Shown here piece by piece: positions 43,540-57,921 of a stretch of DNA of 64,000 nucleotides; within the stretch, counting starts at the first letter, position 1; the number at the start of each line of letters is the position of its first letter. A program made the position numbers and the translations under genes. The notes beneath the pieces are model-generated. The model saw nothing but the letters and a program-made list of their open reading frames with translations, ran no database searches and was not told the DNA's origin. The DNA comes from Eledone cirrhosa (lineage: Eukaryota). The DNA lies in contig OZ024742.1 of the NCBI GenBank assembly GCA_964016885.1, positions 228,780,001 to 228,844,000 of the forward strand. The letters run 5' to 3'.

Positions 43540-43541
<2 letters not shown>
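42768..43541 (+). mobile_element. Retrozyme-like ~448-bp unit, 1.4 tandem copies plus an inverted arm; HHR at 43219-43261 (core C3G)
   Basis: ACCGAGCATTATAATAAATGTTCGGT recurs at 42904 and 43352. acgatg GTGACGA tagctaataagctt GAAA CTAG TA cattgt. Confidence 0.78.
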
Positions 43542-43583
<42 letters not shown>

Positions 43584-44349
43584 TTTGGTAGTGGATAGGT
43601 AAAGTCTTTTTACTACATATTTGATGATGCTAGTGTCATATTAATCCTGTAAGATGGCACATGATCTTATTTACGGTCATGCTGTTTTGTTATATATTTT
43701 TTATGTATTAGTTCCATCAGCATCCACCTGTTCTTACACTCTCCATGGGTTTCGCTATTTACAAATTATTGTCGTTGATTTTCCTTTATAACTAATTTCT
43801 TTTACAATCACATTATATCTCATAGGGAGATAATATCTAGAAGCCATTCTCTCACAGTTGGCAGTCATGTGACTGCTTGCCTCAGTTTTGATTTGGCATT
43901 GTCGAAAATCATTATTTTTTTCGCATAGGATTTTTTGTCAATAATTACTTTGATTGTGAATTGTACAGAGGTAAATTTCAAGGTTAAATGTAATAAAACT
44001 TGTCGATACTTCATTCCAGGCTTTTAGTATGGTTTATCCGTGTTTTCTAGATTAGTAAATCTATGATAATGTCTTTCCTAAAAGAGTGAGCTTGCAACAA
44101 TTTAAATAGGTGTCTTCGGTTTCGAAAGGCTTGTGGAAGATATGGGCACAACCCATTTCTTCAGATCTGTTCAAACTATAGCTTTTGTTTAAAGATTTAT
44201 GAAGACTGATGAACAAATGCCGTTGTAGTAGCGGTAGGTGACCAGAGTGAGGTGACAAGATATTATATACATACGTGCGATGGCCGTTTTGTCTATTGTC
44301 TATAGGTCTGTCAATTGCTTAAACTACTTGCAGTTGACAACTTCAGACA

Positions 44350-44969
44350 TAATTGTTTCTACTTTTGGCACAAGGCCAGCAATTATCTCAGTGTATTACT
44401 AGTACTTTATTTTATCGACCCGTAAGGATGAAAGGCAAAGTTAACCTCGGCGGGATTTGAACTCAGACCACAAAGGGCCGTAACTCTTTGCTGCAAAGCA
44501 TGGTGTCCGACCCTCAACCGATACTGCCAATCCACCGCCCTTCTGACATAATGATGCGGCGTTTGTGTTCAGATCACACAGAGCGTAGCAACCCGTCTAA
44601 CTCTTAACAATTCCACCAAACCTTCAACCCCGGCAAAGATGAAAGGCAAAAACGAACGTGGCAGGATTTGAACACAGAACGCCATGAGGCGGAACACACA
44701 CTGTGGCGTTTAATCGTATGTTCTAACGACTCTGCCAATTTACCATCTTACATATTCACGACCAGACATGTTTACTGAAGAAGCTACTTATGCTACTTAT
44801 TAGGAAATGCTTCTAATTTTATATAGCAGTTACTGTTGAGATTCTTATTGCTCCTCACCAAGTATAAGAAAGATATTAATAGACATCAAAGTAGGAAATG
44901 TTAGTTAGTAATGTTGTTCTTGTTGGTGGTGGAGGTGAGGTAAGGAATACCCCCACATACACACATACG

Positions 44970-45000
<31 letters not shown>

Positions 45001-46680
45001 AATAATAATCCAAGTATAAACAAGAGAAACACAGAGATGTAAAAGTACAAAGTCTTATTAGTTTCACGCTATATATATTCGGGTGTGTGTTTGTTTGTTC
45101 AATTTAAGAATGGAACTAAACAAATATATAAAATCCGACTTACTTTCTAATAATGTATTACCAAATTTTATGAGACACGACAAATGGAATTCTTCATCAA
45201 TGGCGCCCGCAAAACATAAAACAAAGACAAGAAAAGAAAGGTAAAAGAATGACCACCGCCACCAATACCACCACAAACACTATCACCACCACCACCACCA
45301 CCACCACCACCATAACAACAACATCAACATAAATAATAAACACAATTGTTTATAATTTAGGCACAAGTCAGCAATTTAGATGAAGGAGAGGGGAGTCGAT
45401 TAAATTGTTCCCGGAAGGACGAAAGGGAAAGTTAACATCGGCAGAATAATGATAACTGTGGTTTCTGATTTATAGACAAGGTCAACAATTTTGTGGGGAG
45501 GGGAATGTCTATTAAATCGACTCCAGTGCATTACTGGTACTTTATTTTATTGACCCCGAAAGGATGAGTGGCAAAGCTAACCACGGCGGGATTTGAACTC
45601 AGAACGTAACGGGTCGCAATTCTATGCCGCAAAGCATGTTGTCCGGAGCTCCACCGATACTGCCAATGCAACACTAATAAACATTTCTACTATAGGCACA
45701 AGGCCAGCAATTTTTTTTTTTTTGGGGGGGGGGGGCGATTAAATCGACCTCCAGTGTATTACTAGTACTTTATTTTATCGACCCCGTAAGGATGAAAGGC
45801 AAAACTAACCTCGGCGGGATTTGAACTCGGACCGCAAAGGGACGTAACTATGCTGGAAAGCATGGCGTCCGACCCTCTACCGATACTGCCAATCCACCGC
45901 CCTAACACTTGTAATAATAATAATGATTTCTACTATAGGCACAAGGCCAGCAATTTTGTAAATCGACCCCAGTGAGTGACTGGTACTTTATTTTATCGAC
46001 CCCGGAAGGATGAAAGGCAAAGGTAATCGCGGCGGGATTTGAACTCAGAATGTAAAGGGTCGCAATTCTATGTTGCAAAGCATAGTGTGCGGCGCTCCAC
46101 CGATACTGCCAATCCAACACTAATAAACATTTCTACTATAGGCACAAAAGGCCAGCAACTTTTGGGGAGGGGAAAGTCGATTAAATCGACCCCCAGTCGT
46201 AAGGGTATTACTGGTACTTTATTTTATCGATCCCGAAAGGATGAAAGGCAAAGCTAACCTAACAATTCTATGCCGCAAAACAGAGTGTCCGGCGCTCTAC
46301 CGATACTGCCAATCTAACACTAATAATAATAATAACAATTGCTCTTCTAAAAAGCCTGCCCTGCTGGGCAATCCCCATATACTCAGGAAAGTACTGTCTA
46401 TTCATGGTCTTTGTTGAGATCCGACAGGCAGAAGAAGAACCAATAATTATCATATTCACTGAGCAAAACATACACAATAATGAGTTCTAATTTAGATATA
46501 AGGCTAGAAATTTTAAGGAGCGTAATGTTGATTATATCGACCCCAGTACTTGACTGGTATGTTATTTTGTCGACACTGGAAAGATGAAAAGCAAGTTGAC
46601 CTCATCGGAATTTGAACAATAAAGATTCAGAATAAATACCACGAAATATAGCTTTGTCCAGCACTGTACCGATTCTATTA
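44350..46680 (-). mobile_element. Cluster of about 7 co-oriented Meta-core SINE copies
   Basis: Copies near 44350-44541, 44620-44745, 45480-45670, 45685-45902, 45925-46115, 46130-46315 and 46490-46680. Confidence 0.82.
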
Positions 46681-46905
46681 TTAACCACTTTCATATAACA
46701 ATAGTCGAATTATTAATATGCCCCTTCACGCATACATATATACATAGATATATATATATATATATGCACGTGTGAATGTATGTATGTATAAATGTATAAA
46801 TGTATAAATGTATGTATGTATGTATGTTCTCTCTTTCTCTTAATTTCGAGTATATTTTTGACTGGCCACCTTCCTGGTGGCAAGGTTGTAAAAGAAAAGA
46901 AATAG

Positions 46906-47245
46906 TCATCCCTTGAATCGCAAGAATGTTTTGCAAATTTTGAAGGTGCCAGCTATCGCAGCCATTTGTAGACTATGAATTAGGGAGCTGCGCTCTTTGA
47001 CTGCAAATCCAAGTTCAGTTATACATTGGTCCAAGCGGGTTGGTATATAACCCGTAGCTCCAATAATGATGGGTATCAAGCTAAAAGTGTATCTTGGACA
47101 CTGGATGTGTAAACTCATCAATGGTCCGTAAATGTCCCCCTTTTCCTGTATTTTTCTGACAACGTTTACATGAAGTGGGCAGCTGATCTCCACAACAGAA
47201 CACGTTTTCAATGTGTGGTCCCAAACAACAATATCAGACCGGTTG
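46906..47245 (-). mobile_element. 3' fragment of an R4/Dong-like RLE non-LTR retrotransposon
   Basis: DIVVWD..CSVVEISCP..N..KIQEK..Y..L..IPIIIGATG..LQMAAIAGT fits the restriction-like endonuclease C-terminus. Confidence 0.75.
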
Positions 47246-47420
47246 TGCTTTAATTTGCTATGTATGTATATATGTATATATGTATGTGTGTGTGTGTGTA
47301 TGTATGTATCTCTCTATCCGTATATCTATATCTAAATTCTATCTAGCTATCTCACACATACACATATATATTTACATGTATGTATGTATTTATATCTATT
47401 TATATGTATGCATATATATA

Positions 47421-47545
47421 GGTGAAGGCGTGTGGCTGAGTGGTTAGAGAATTGAATTCGCAATCGTGAGGTTGAGACTTCGATTCTCGGACCAGGTGAT
47501 GCGTTATGTCCTTGAGAAAGACACTTTATTTCACGTTGCTCCTTC
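47421..47545 (+). mobile_element. tRNA-derived head of a second SINE family
   Basis: GGCGTGTGGCTGAGTGGTTAGA (A box) ... TTCGATTCTC (B-box-like) ... GTCCTTGAGAAAGACACTTTATTTCAC. Confidence 0.65.
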
Positions 47546-49674
47546 TACCAGGATTTGCCACCGATAGACAGTATTAGCAATTGGAAAGACCAACGGAAAC
47601 ATTGTTTCCTCGGTCCGATTTGACGAAAGTATGTATGCATGTAGGCATATATGAATCTATAAATATATATAGTTATGCATATAAACCACACACATCCGTC
47701 TCCATATATGTATATATATATATATATGTGTATATATATATATGTATATATATATATATCTATATCTATTTATCTATCTATCTATATATATGTGTGTGGG
47801 TGTGTGTATGTGTATGTAAAAGGTAAACAGAAATAACAACACAATCGGTATATGTATATATGTATATATGTATGTGTGTATATATGTATGTATATATGTA
47901 TATATAAATATATATATGTATGTATCACCCTCTCTCTCCTTCGCTCCTCCTCTCCCTTTCTCTGTCTTTCCCTCTCTCTCTCTCTATATATATATATATT
48001 ATATATATATATATAAATTCATATATATATATGTATATTAAAAGGAGGACAATAGTATTATAAATCAAAGAAGCAAAGTAAAACAAAATGGTTGAAAAAA
48101 ATATACAGCAACAAAAACAAAAATGTAAAAAAACAACAACAACAACACAAAACAGAATGGCTGCCAATGAAGAACAATGTATATTATGAAACGACAGTAA
48201 ACATTACAAATATTGACAAATAAACAACATACAATTAGAGAAATGAGAAACTGGGGGGAAAACGAAGGAATATCGGGGAAAAAAATGAACAACAACAACA
48301 AAAACTACCATTAATGATAACAAGAAAGTAGTATTTCTTTCTCTATAAAAAAAACAAATAACACCAATATTTCATTGCCTGAAACAACGTAAGAGTAAAT
48401 GCAACTTTAAATAAAAGAGTTCTACTTTCATAAAAACAAAACATCATTTTTTATCGATTCTTTTATCAGATCGTAGTTTCAATAATTGTGATTCCTTACT
48501 GAGCCAGACATTTATAATTTGAGGAAGAAGCATATGAGACTGAATGGCACCGAAGTGAGTTTGTGTTTAACAGGGGATTGAAACCAGCTCGTGGAATTAT
48601 CCCGCCTGGAGCTTACTTCTAAAGCTACAGAGTTACACTTCTTTTTAAAAATTGTTTCTTTAGACAGATCATGATGTCCTTTCACTATTGTTAAGTAAAA
48701 CACTATATGTTGTGTTGATTCTTTCACATGAGTTTTTTTCTCCCCAAGAGGACTTATAGTTATAGGGTGAATGGGATCAAAGGACACCGACCGAGAATAT
48801 TAAATAAAAGGACTCCAGCGCAGGTTAAATCTGTGTAGTTGTCTTGCGATACCGAAACTCTTATATATTTTACTTTTAGTCTCATCATCAAACGAAAATA
48901 TATTCAGAATCGTCTAACGTTATTAATAAAATAAATGACTTTCCTAATAGTAGATTATAATAAATACTAGTTGAGAGAACCAAGAAAAGTTACCCGGGAG
49001 ACGGAAACACTAAACAGAGTTCTGTACTTGATTTTGTCAACTTTTATATATTGTGATCAAATATATTTATATTTATAATCATTTTTGTTGAGACTATATT
49101 TCAAATATCCACAATCTTTTCAAGTTAACTGAATATATATATATATAATTAAAAAACGGAGTTAAAGACTCAAATTAATCCACCATAAAGTAATGAGCTC
49201 AAGGAAGAGATTCCGGCCTTTTTAAAAACCAGCATATAGAGAGAAGTGGACATAGAGATATGTGTTCAATCATAGGGGATCAAAAACCACCAGAGAACAT
49301 TAACTACGGAAGGAATGGTGAATATAAATCAATTAAAAGAATAAATTAAAGTGTACTAACCATCCAATTATAATTATAACACCTGAACATGCTCAAATTA
49401 GAGTATGTTTCGCTATAAAAAGTGAAGAATCCGTATTGTAGATGGCTCATTAGCGGAAGTCTAACAATATGATCAACACTTCTAAAAATGTATCAGATAA
49501 CTAAGAAAACACGCATTGTATAGAGAAAAGACATGTGCGTCTTATAGCCCATGGTGATGTGAATAGACCAAAAGACTGCTAACAACAACAGTTCAGAACC
49601 ATTCAACTTAAGAAGCTCTATTTATATATAGAAATGAGTTAGGAGCCAATATATCAAATTGAAAAACGGAGTCT

Positions 49675-49815
49675 CTAACTGATCCGGCTCGATTCCCAAG
49701 CGAGACCAGTAAAGGTCATGTTGGATGTTATCCAACCATCTTGCTCGGGATCTACCCTGGGTCTCCTGCCGGCTGGTTTTGTCCATAAAATCTGTCTAGC
49801 GATTCTTAATCTCGC
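49675..49815 (-). mobile_element. RTE-type LINE 3' fragment
   Basis: RIARQILWTKPAGRRPR followed, after a frameshift, by RPRTRWLDNI; this is the GRP..RW.D motif of RTE C-termini. Confidence 0.65.
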
Positions 49816-49903
49816 TTGCTCCTCTCTCACTCTTCCCTTCCCATTCCTATTCATCTCATCGCCCTCCACTATCACCTATGTCTTTCTTTACTCCTTCTCC
49901 TCC

Positions 49904-49934
<31 letters not shown>

Positions 49935-49969
49935 CTTCTTCTTCTTCTTCTTCTTCTTCTTCTTCTTCT

Positions 49970-50012
<43 letters not shown>

Positions 50013-50177
50013 ATCCCCATCCACTCCCCCTTCCTCCATTGCCTACTACACTACACCCCTCTATCTATCTGTCTCCCACTATCAGCCCTCCCTCCCTTCA
50101 ATATCAATTCCAAGGAAACTATAAACACCGAAACTGACAAAAATTATCTGATAATTTCTTACGAATAAAACAGTTCT

Positions 50178-50264
<87 letters not shown>

Positions 50265-50487
50265 TACAGTATATATGTATATATATATACTTTTCCTATT
50301 TCCCACTCTACTACCCTAAGTATTGATCGGTAGAGGGTCGGACGCCATGCTTTCCAGCATAGTTACGTCCCTTTACCATCTGAGTTCAAATCCCGCCGAG
50401 GTTGACTTTGCCTTTCATCCTTACGGGGTCGATAAAATAAAGTACCAGTAATGCACTGGTAATTGCTGGCCTTGTGCCTAAAGTAGA

Positions 50488-50535
<48 letters not shown>

Positions 50536-50538
<3 letters not shown>

Positions 50539-51825
50539 GGAGTATTGAAGTTTGCTTGAAGCATTGTGGAATAATAGGTAAATATCTTTAAGTCGTTTGG
50601 AAGCCTCGACAATGCAAATGGGTAAATCTCCGGGTAACAAGATCCGGTGGTGGAGAGAGAGATGTAAGTGGGTGTATGTTGAGATGCGTGGTGTGTATAA
50701 GGAAAGAGTATAAAGGATAAAATTAAAATAAGAACACGAGAGAGAGTTACCTTGAGAGAGATTTAATTGTCCCTATATATTTCAGATTCACATCCATCAA
50801 CTGGGGTTTTTTCCCGGGGTGGGGGAAAGGTTGTCTGTCGGAAAGGTGCGAAACGAAACGCGTCCTCCGCTCTTTGTTGTTTTGAATATCTGAGGTATTC
50901 AGCAGGGCGCGCGTGCGCGTGAAATGTGGTCGGCCGGGCAGAGGTCAGCGGCCGAATGTGGGAGTGGGGTGGTGCTAGCTGTCAGTCCATTCTCTGCCTG
51001 TTTGTTAAATGTTACTGTGTGTCTGTGTGTGCGTGTGTTGTTGTCTCGCTTGAGTGTGTGTGTGTGTTGTTGCCATGTTCCTCTGTATTGGCAGTGTAGT
51101 ATGTTCGTATGGTGGAATGCTACTGTGTGCGTGTGCGTGTGCGTGTGTAGTTGTCTCGTTTGTGTGTGTGTGTGCGTGTGTTGCTGCATCGTTTGTTAAC
51201 TTAAACCAGCCACCTCATTTCGCTTCTCTCGGATCGATTGTTTATTTGCAGTTCAAGGCGTTTGATAAAAAGCACGTCCTTGCTACGTAACGTGCCGACG
51301 TTTCTTTCAGTCGCTAGAATTGTGACAATGGGCCTTCCGTCTTTGTTTCCGCATTTGTCTATGTGTTTCCGGAAAGACGAGGCCCTGGTTTTAGTGTGTT
51401 CCTTGATCCGGATGTGCAAAGGTCGGATTGTGCTACCTATATAGTATTGGTTATCCTGTCACATTCTATCTTATACACGACGTATCTGCTGAATACCTCA
51501 GATATTCAAAACAACAAACAGCGGAGGACGCGTTTCGCACCTTTCCGACAGACAACCTTTCCCCCACCCCGGAAAAAACCCCCAGTTGATGGATGTGAAT
51601 CCGAAATATATAGGGACAATTAAATCTCTCCCAAGGTAACTCTCTCTCGTGTTCTTATTTTTATTTTATCCTTTATACTCTTTCCTTCATTCTTCTACAC
51701 GTCTTATACACACCACGCATCTCAACGTACACCCACTTACATCTCTCTCTCCACCACCGGATCTTGTTACCCGGAGATTTACCCATTTGCATTGTCGAGG
51801 CTTCCAAACAACTTAAAGATATTTA

Positions 51826-51828
<3 letters not shown>
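50536..51828 (-). mobile_element. 5'-truncated Penelope-type element (GIY-YIG C-terminal half at about 51201-51450) with an inverted terminal repeat
   Basis: YIGSTIRPLHIRIKEH..SFRKHIDKC..IN. Arms 50577-50905 and 51486-51828 are inverted; both outer ends lie in (TA)n. Confidence 0.85.
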
Positions 51829-51883
<55 letters not shown>

Positions 51884-51890
51884 CATAGAC

Positions 51891-51977
<87 letters not shown>

Positions 51978-51990
51978 TATACATATATAC

Positions 51991-52060
<70 letters not shown>

Positions 52061-52090
52061 AGATCAAAAGATGGTTAAAGGAGTTCCATG

Positions 52091-52161
52091 TATTTTATTA
52101 TGCGCATTTCAAAAACAAACATCATCATGCAATAATATTTGTGTTTTCATCAGATAAAACA
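52091..52161 (-). ncRNA. Type I hammerhead ribozyme
   Basis: Reverse complement: tgttttat CTGATGA aaacacaaat..gtttgttttt GAAA TGCGCA TA ataaaata. Confidence 0.82.
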
Positions 52162-53551
52162 GGAGAACATGATATGAAGGCTAAAAAACACTTGTGGATA
52201 GTGCAGTTTTAAATCAACATATGAAAAGTGGTTTTAGATTGATGTGTGATATTGGGAAAAATATTTTATTTAGAGAGGGGGGGGGGGTGGTGGAAAGGAT
52301 GAAAAAGGGGAGGAGATGAGAGTGAAAGTGGAGAGGGAGAGATGGGTGATAGAGAGAAAGAGATAGTTTTTATAACTGAGAGAAGATATATTGTTTTACA
52401 TAGAGAGGTTGAAAACCGTTGGAAGATAATGTATAAATTAAAAGAATTTGAAAATTAACGAAGGGAAAAATATGTACGAGGAAAAAATATTTTATTTAGG
52501 GAGGGGGGTGGAAAGGATGAAAAAAGGGGAGGAGATGAGAGTGAAGGTGGAGAGGGAGAGATGGGTGATAGAGAGAAAGAGATAGTTTTTATAACTGAGA
52601 AAAGATATATTGTTTTACATAGAGAGGTTGAGAACTGTTGGAAGATAATGTATAAATTAAAAGAATTTGAAAATTAGCGAAGGGAAAAATATGTACGAGG
52701 AAAGAAAGGGAGTTTATGTATGAAGATAGAGAGAAAAAATAATAATTGCGGATGAATATTCTAACGTCAAAAAGGTGTATGTTGATAAGTATTGTGGCAA
52801 TTTCAAAATTAACGAAGAGAAAAAATTATTAAGGTTTGTGTGTAGAAGGATTTGAGAAAGATAATGTGAAGTTAAAGTTTGTATATTGAAGGAATTGATA
52901 ATATGTGCGAAGAAAGAGTTAATATGTATTAAAAAATTATTAAGGTTTGTGTATTAGATGATTTGAGAAAAATAATGTGAAGTTAAGGTTTGTATATTGA
53001 AGGAGTTGATAATATGTGCGAAGAAAGAGTTAATATGTATTAAGAATGAGTTCGTTGATGGGGAGAAAAAAATAGAATCTTTTCTCAAAGGCACATATAC
53101 ATACACCTCTTTAAAATATACCCATCTTCCTACCTTACTTCAAAGGGCATTATACACTCTATAATACTTGTTTACTCATTACCCTCATTCTATCTTCACC
53201 TTGTAAAATCCTTCATAACATATACATTTGTTTTTTTGACGTTAGAATATTCACCCGCAATTATTATTATTTTTTCTCTCTATCATAAAACTTTTTAATC
53301 TCAATTTCATCCTTAATTTATTATTTTTTTCTCCCCATCAACGAACTCATTCTTAATACATATTAACTCTTTCTTCGCACATATTATCAACTCCTTCAAT
53401 ATACAAACCTTAACTTCACAGAGGCATGATTTCTGGATTTCTGGGTGCGTAAAAAACTTTTGTCACAAAACACGTTTCTTGCAAAACGAGCAAGGGCCCC
53501 TTTTACATACTTGCTCGACTTTAGAAATAACAACCAAAACTGTCTCAAATA

Positions 53552-54370
53552 ATTGTTTCTACATTTGGCACAAGGCCAGCGATTACCCAGTACATCACTG
53601 GTACTTTATTTTATTGACCTGGTAAGGATGAAAGGCAAAGTTAACCTCGGCGGGATTTGAACTCAGATCATAAAGGGACGTAACTACGCTGGAAAGCATG
53701 TCCGACCCTTTACCGATACTGCCAATTCACCGCTCATAACTCTCTCAAATAATAATCCACAGAACCAAGAAACACAGGACGCGTTGGCTTACGTTGACTA
53801 GCATACATAATATCTGATTTTTATTAAAAAAAAAAGAATTAATATTTATGATTAAAGAATCTTTGATCAAATGTATTTTCAATTAGAACAAACCTGGGAC
53901 TAAACGACAGCTAGAATAACGAGAAGAGATAAGTACACTTATGTATAATCAACAATTCTATAATTCTGATATTCTACCACAGGAAATGCGAGTGTGTTTA
54001 TTAATATTTCAAATTTGAGTGTCATTTTTTCTCTTCATTTAATATATCTACCACCACGCTTATTCAGCGAATTGTTATAATGATGGCGATGGCGATAAAG
54101 ATGATGACAGCAATATTAACAATATTAATAATGATATCAACAGTGATGAATTATTAATGATAATGATTTTTACTCTAGGCAAAAGGCCAGCAATTTGGGG
54201 AAGGTAAAGTCGATTAAATCGACCGCGATGCATTACTGGTACTTTATTTTTTCGACCCTGTAAGGATGAAAGGCAAAGCTAACCTCGGTGCAATTTGAAC
54301 CCATAACGTAAAGGGCCGTAACTATATGCCACAAAACATGTTGTCCGATGCTGTAGCAATACTGCCAACC
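53552..54370 (-). mobile_element. Two Meta-core SINE copies (53552-53733, 54165-54370)
   Basis: Same core and B box as the other copies. Confidence 0.8.
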
Positions 54371-54419
54371 TCATATTAATAATGATTTATCCACCACCCA
54401 ACCTCTTTCGCTACCAACA

Positions 54420-55330
54420 CCAGACACGGAAAAATTGCCTGCCCTTCCGGGCCAAAAGAAGGCTGCGGTATGATCTTCACTATAGATCGTCAATAGCCGA
54501 ATCCATCCTGCACGCGGCAACGGCTGTTCGACATAACTCCACAAATCAATAATGCCCGGACACTGGATAAGTGCGTGCAGAACACTTTCGTTGCTCTGAC
54601 AGCACTTCCGAACCCGTAGAGTTTATATTTAACCAGCAGCACCCCCGCCCCGGAAGCTCTGCCAAGCGAGGGGTTTCTGAATGTTATCCAAAGTCCTCCG
54701 GACAGACTGGTCAGTTCAACTTTCTCGAGGCCCAGAGCCTCTCCGAGTGCGTCGATGCACATACCCTCCACTAATCCTCTATAGAACTCAAGAGTGGAAG
54801 ATCCACTGATCGCATTGCCCGCCTGATAGAGGTCAGTGAACGCCAAATGCCAGGCGCAAGGTCCTGGTCTCTTCTTGACCCAGGACTGCAGCTCAGTCAA
54901 AGAGACGAGATGTGGAAAGGCCTGTCTCACAAACGGCGACCACACCTGTTGACCGTTTAGGCAGAATACCTGGAGATGTCGAAGCCCCAGCGCATGTTTG
55001 GGCATCATTAACCTTGGCACGCCCAGCCCTCCGCGTCGAGGGTGCTGGCAGCAGACGGACCGCCTCACCAATGGAGCCTGTCCTTTTTACAGGAATTTGA
55101 AGAGGAGATGTTCCAATTTGGTGAGGCTCTAACGGATTCAAGGCAATATTCCCGTTCTGCTGTCAGTTTCAGTAGAACGCTGCGGTGAGATCGGAGAACA
55201 AGTCTGGCATATATACGTAAATCTCGTTGGGCATTCCATCCAAACCGGGTGACTTGCGCCTCGTGTAGCAGACTAGGGCATCCCGAATCTCAGTTGAAGT
55301 TATCGGTCTTTCGCAGCTCCCAGCATCAGC
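54420..55330 (-). mobile_element. Older, deleted fragment of the Tx1/L1-type family seen at 18-24 kb
   Basis: VRRSVCCQHPRRGGLGVPRLMM..QVWSPFVRQAFPHLVSLTELQSWVK matches ORF2 at about 23090-23280. Confidence 0.85.
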
Positions 55331-55559
55331 AATTGAGCAACGCGGTAGGCCATCGAGATAGGCCCACCACTCCCCACGAACAGGCCCAAATATTATGGCG
55401 AGTCTCTTCTTGAGGACAAAGACTAAGTTTTATGCCCCTTTTGAAACAAAACATATTAACAACAGAAGGATTTAAACGCGTTGGAATAGCAAACTTACAC
55501 GGGCTCACAATAGTACGTCTTTTCGCTTCAAACACCAATAATGATAATGATAATAATAA

Positions 55560-56445
55560 TAGTTTTTACTTTTGGCACAAGGCCAGCAATTACCCCAGTG
55601 CATTACTGGTGCTTTATTTTATCGACCTCGTACGGATGAAAGGTAAAGTTAACACCGGCGGGATTTGAACTCAGATGTTAAAGGGCCGTAACTCTATGCT
55701 GCAAAGCAAGGCATCCGACATTCTACCTATACTGCCAATCCACCAAGGTTGAAATGAACAACAAAAGCATTAGTAATGATAAGAACTACAAGAACCACAA
55801 AAACAAATGGTAATATTAATAACAGCAACAATAACAACAGTAACAACTGCTACATCAACGAAGATATCATTAACAGAAACTAGAACAACGAAAACTTTAG
55901 TAATGATAATAATGTTTACGCTTATAATAATTGTTTCTACTTTAGGCACAAGGCCAGTAATTACCCAGTGCATTACTGGTACTTTATTTTATCGACCCCG
56001 TAAGGATGAAAGGCAAAGTCAACCTCGGCGGGATTTGAACTCAGAATGGAAAGGGCCGTAACTCTATGCGTCAAAGCATGGCGTCCGACGCTCTACCGAT
56101 ACTGCCTTATAATAATAACTATGTGGACAATGTTCAGCAGAAAATGGAAGTAGAATAAAATGAACACCCTGAAAAACAATAGGTTTAACTTCATCCATAT
56201 TTTCAAATATGTCTTCTTCATATTTAAATTTCCACAAATATCGTAATCATTATTTATGCTGGATTGGCAGTATCGGTAGAGAGTCGGACGCCATGCTTTC
56301 CAGCATAGTTACGTCTCTATACGGTCTCAGTTCAAATCCCGCCGAAGTTAACTTTGCCTTTCATCCTTACGGGGTCGATAAAATAAAAAAGTACCAGTAA
56401 TGTACTGGCTAATTGCTGGCCTTGTGCCAAAAATAGAAACAATTA
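55560..56445. mobile_element. Three Meta-core SINE copies (55560-55745 minus, 55930-56106 minus, 56261-56445 plus)
   Basis: Same core and B box as the other copies. Confidence 0.82.
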
Positions 56446-56491
56446 TTTATGCTTAGGTCTACATATATACATATATACAAACACACAACTA

Positions 56492-56523
<32 letters not shown>

Positions 56524-56571
56524 AATACAAACACACAACTATATATATATGTATATATAGTTGTGTGTTTG

Positions 56572-56609
<38 letters not shown>

Positions 56610-57060
56610 TAGTTGTGTGTTTGTATATATGTATATATGATTTTACATTCATTTAAATTATTGACGTATTGTTTTATTGATATTTTTTATCTGTTTGTCC
56701 CGAATCTTCCTCTATCGATTTTAAATCGTATGGTTGATTGTAGACTTGTTCTATATGTGACGGTATTTTAACGATAGTTATAGCTCTGATTCATCTGAAT
56801 TATTGAGCCCTCTGCCGCTCATATCGAATCTCGTTTATCGTGAACTCGTGCGCCGATTTTTCGATACTCGATCTTTCTAATATATATATGTATATATATA
56901 TATTATATATACAGTATATATATATACTATAATATATAAGATCAAAAGATGGTTAAAAGAGTTCCATGTATTTTATTATGCACATATTTAAATCAACATA
57001 TATGTTGATTTAAAACTGCACTATTCACAAGTGTATTTTAACCTTCATATCATGTCTTCC

Positions 57061-57131
57061 TATTTTATCTGATGAAAACACAAATGTTATTGCATGATGA
57101 TATTTGTTTTTGAAATGCGCATAATAAAATA
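57061..57131 (+). ncRNA. Type I hammerhead ribozyme, intact, in fold-back insert 56933-57258
   Basis: tattttat CTGATGA aaacacaaatgttat..atatttgttttt GAAA TGCGCA TA ataaaata. 8-bp stem I; palindromic ATGCGCAT. Confidence 0.87.
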
Positions 57132-57266
57132 CATGGAACTCTTTTAACCATCTTTTGATCTTATATATTATGTATACTCCAGTCCTACAAATTGTAGAGT
57201 GCTTCTTATCCGATATCTGCATTGCTTTATTGTACTACAATAAAACACACCTCCTACATATATATA

Positions 57267-57327
<61 letters not shown>

Positions 57328-57399
57328 GTATATATACATATATATATATATAGTATATATATATGTACATACATATATGTCTCTATATATATTATATAT

Positions 57400-57462
<63 letters not shown>

Positions 57463-57828
57463 TATATATATATATACATATTTTCTATATTACTATATAT
57501 CTTTCTATTAATCTCTCTATATATATATTGCTATATGTATTACCTCTCTCTCAATGTTGAGGGTTTTACATAGTTCCTTCTTGCTATCCTTCATTTATCC
57601 TTTTTCCCTTTTTTCTTTCTTTCATTCCTTATTTCTTTATATCTATCCCTCTCTCTTTCTATCTCATTCACTCCTTTCCGACTTTCTTTCTACTTTATCA
57701 TTTCTCCCCCTCTTGGATATTATATATAAGAGAATTAATAAATTCTGTCTTCATTTTTCAATTGTAAATAATGTAATCTGAAATATCAAAGAGAAAGTAT
57801 GTTCTATTCTTTTGTTGTTGTCATTATT

Positions 57829-57882
<54 letters not shown>

Positions 57883-57884
57883 GC

Positions 57885-57921
<37 letters not shown>

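Noticed and set aside
50818-50872. Hammerhead-like GAAACGCGTC with a possible stem I
   Set aside because: No CTGAnGA core at the required position, and it is antisense to the element.
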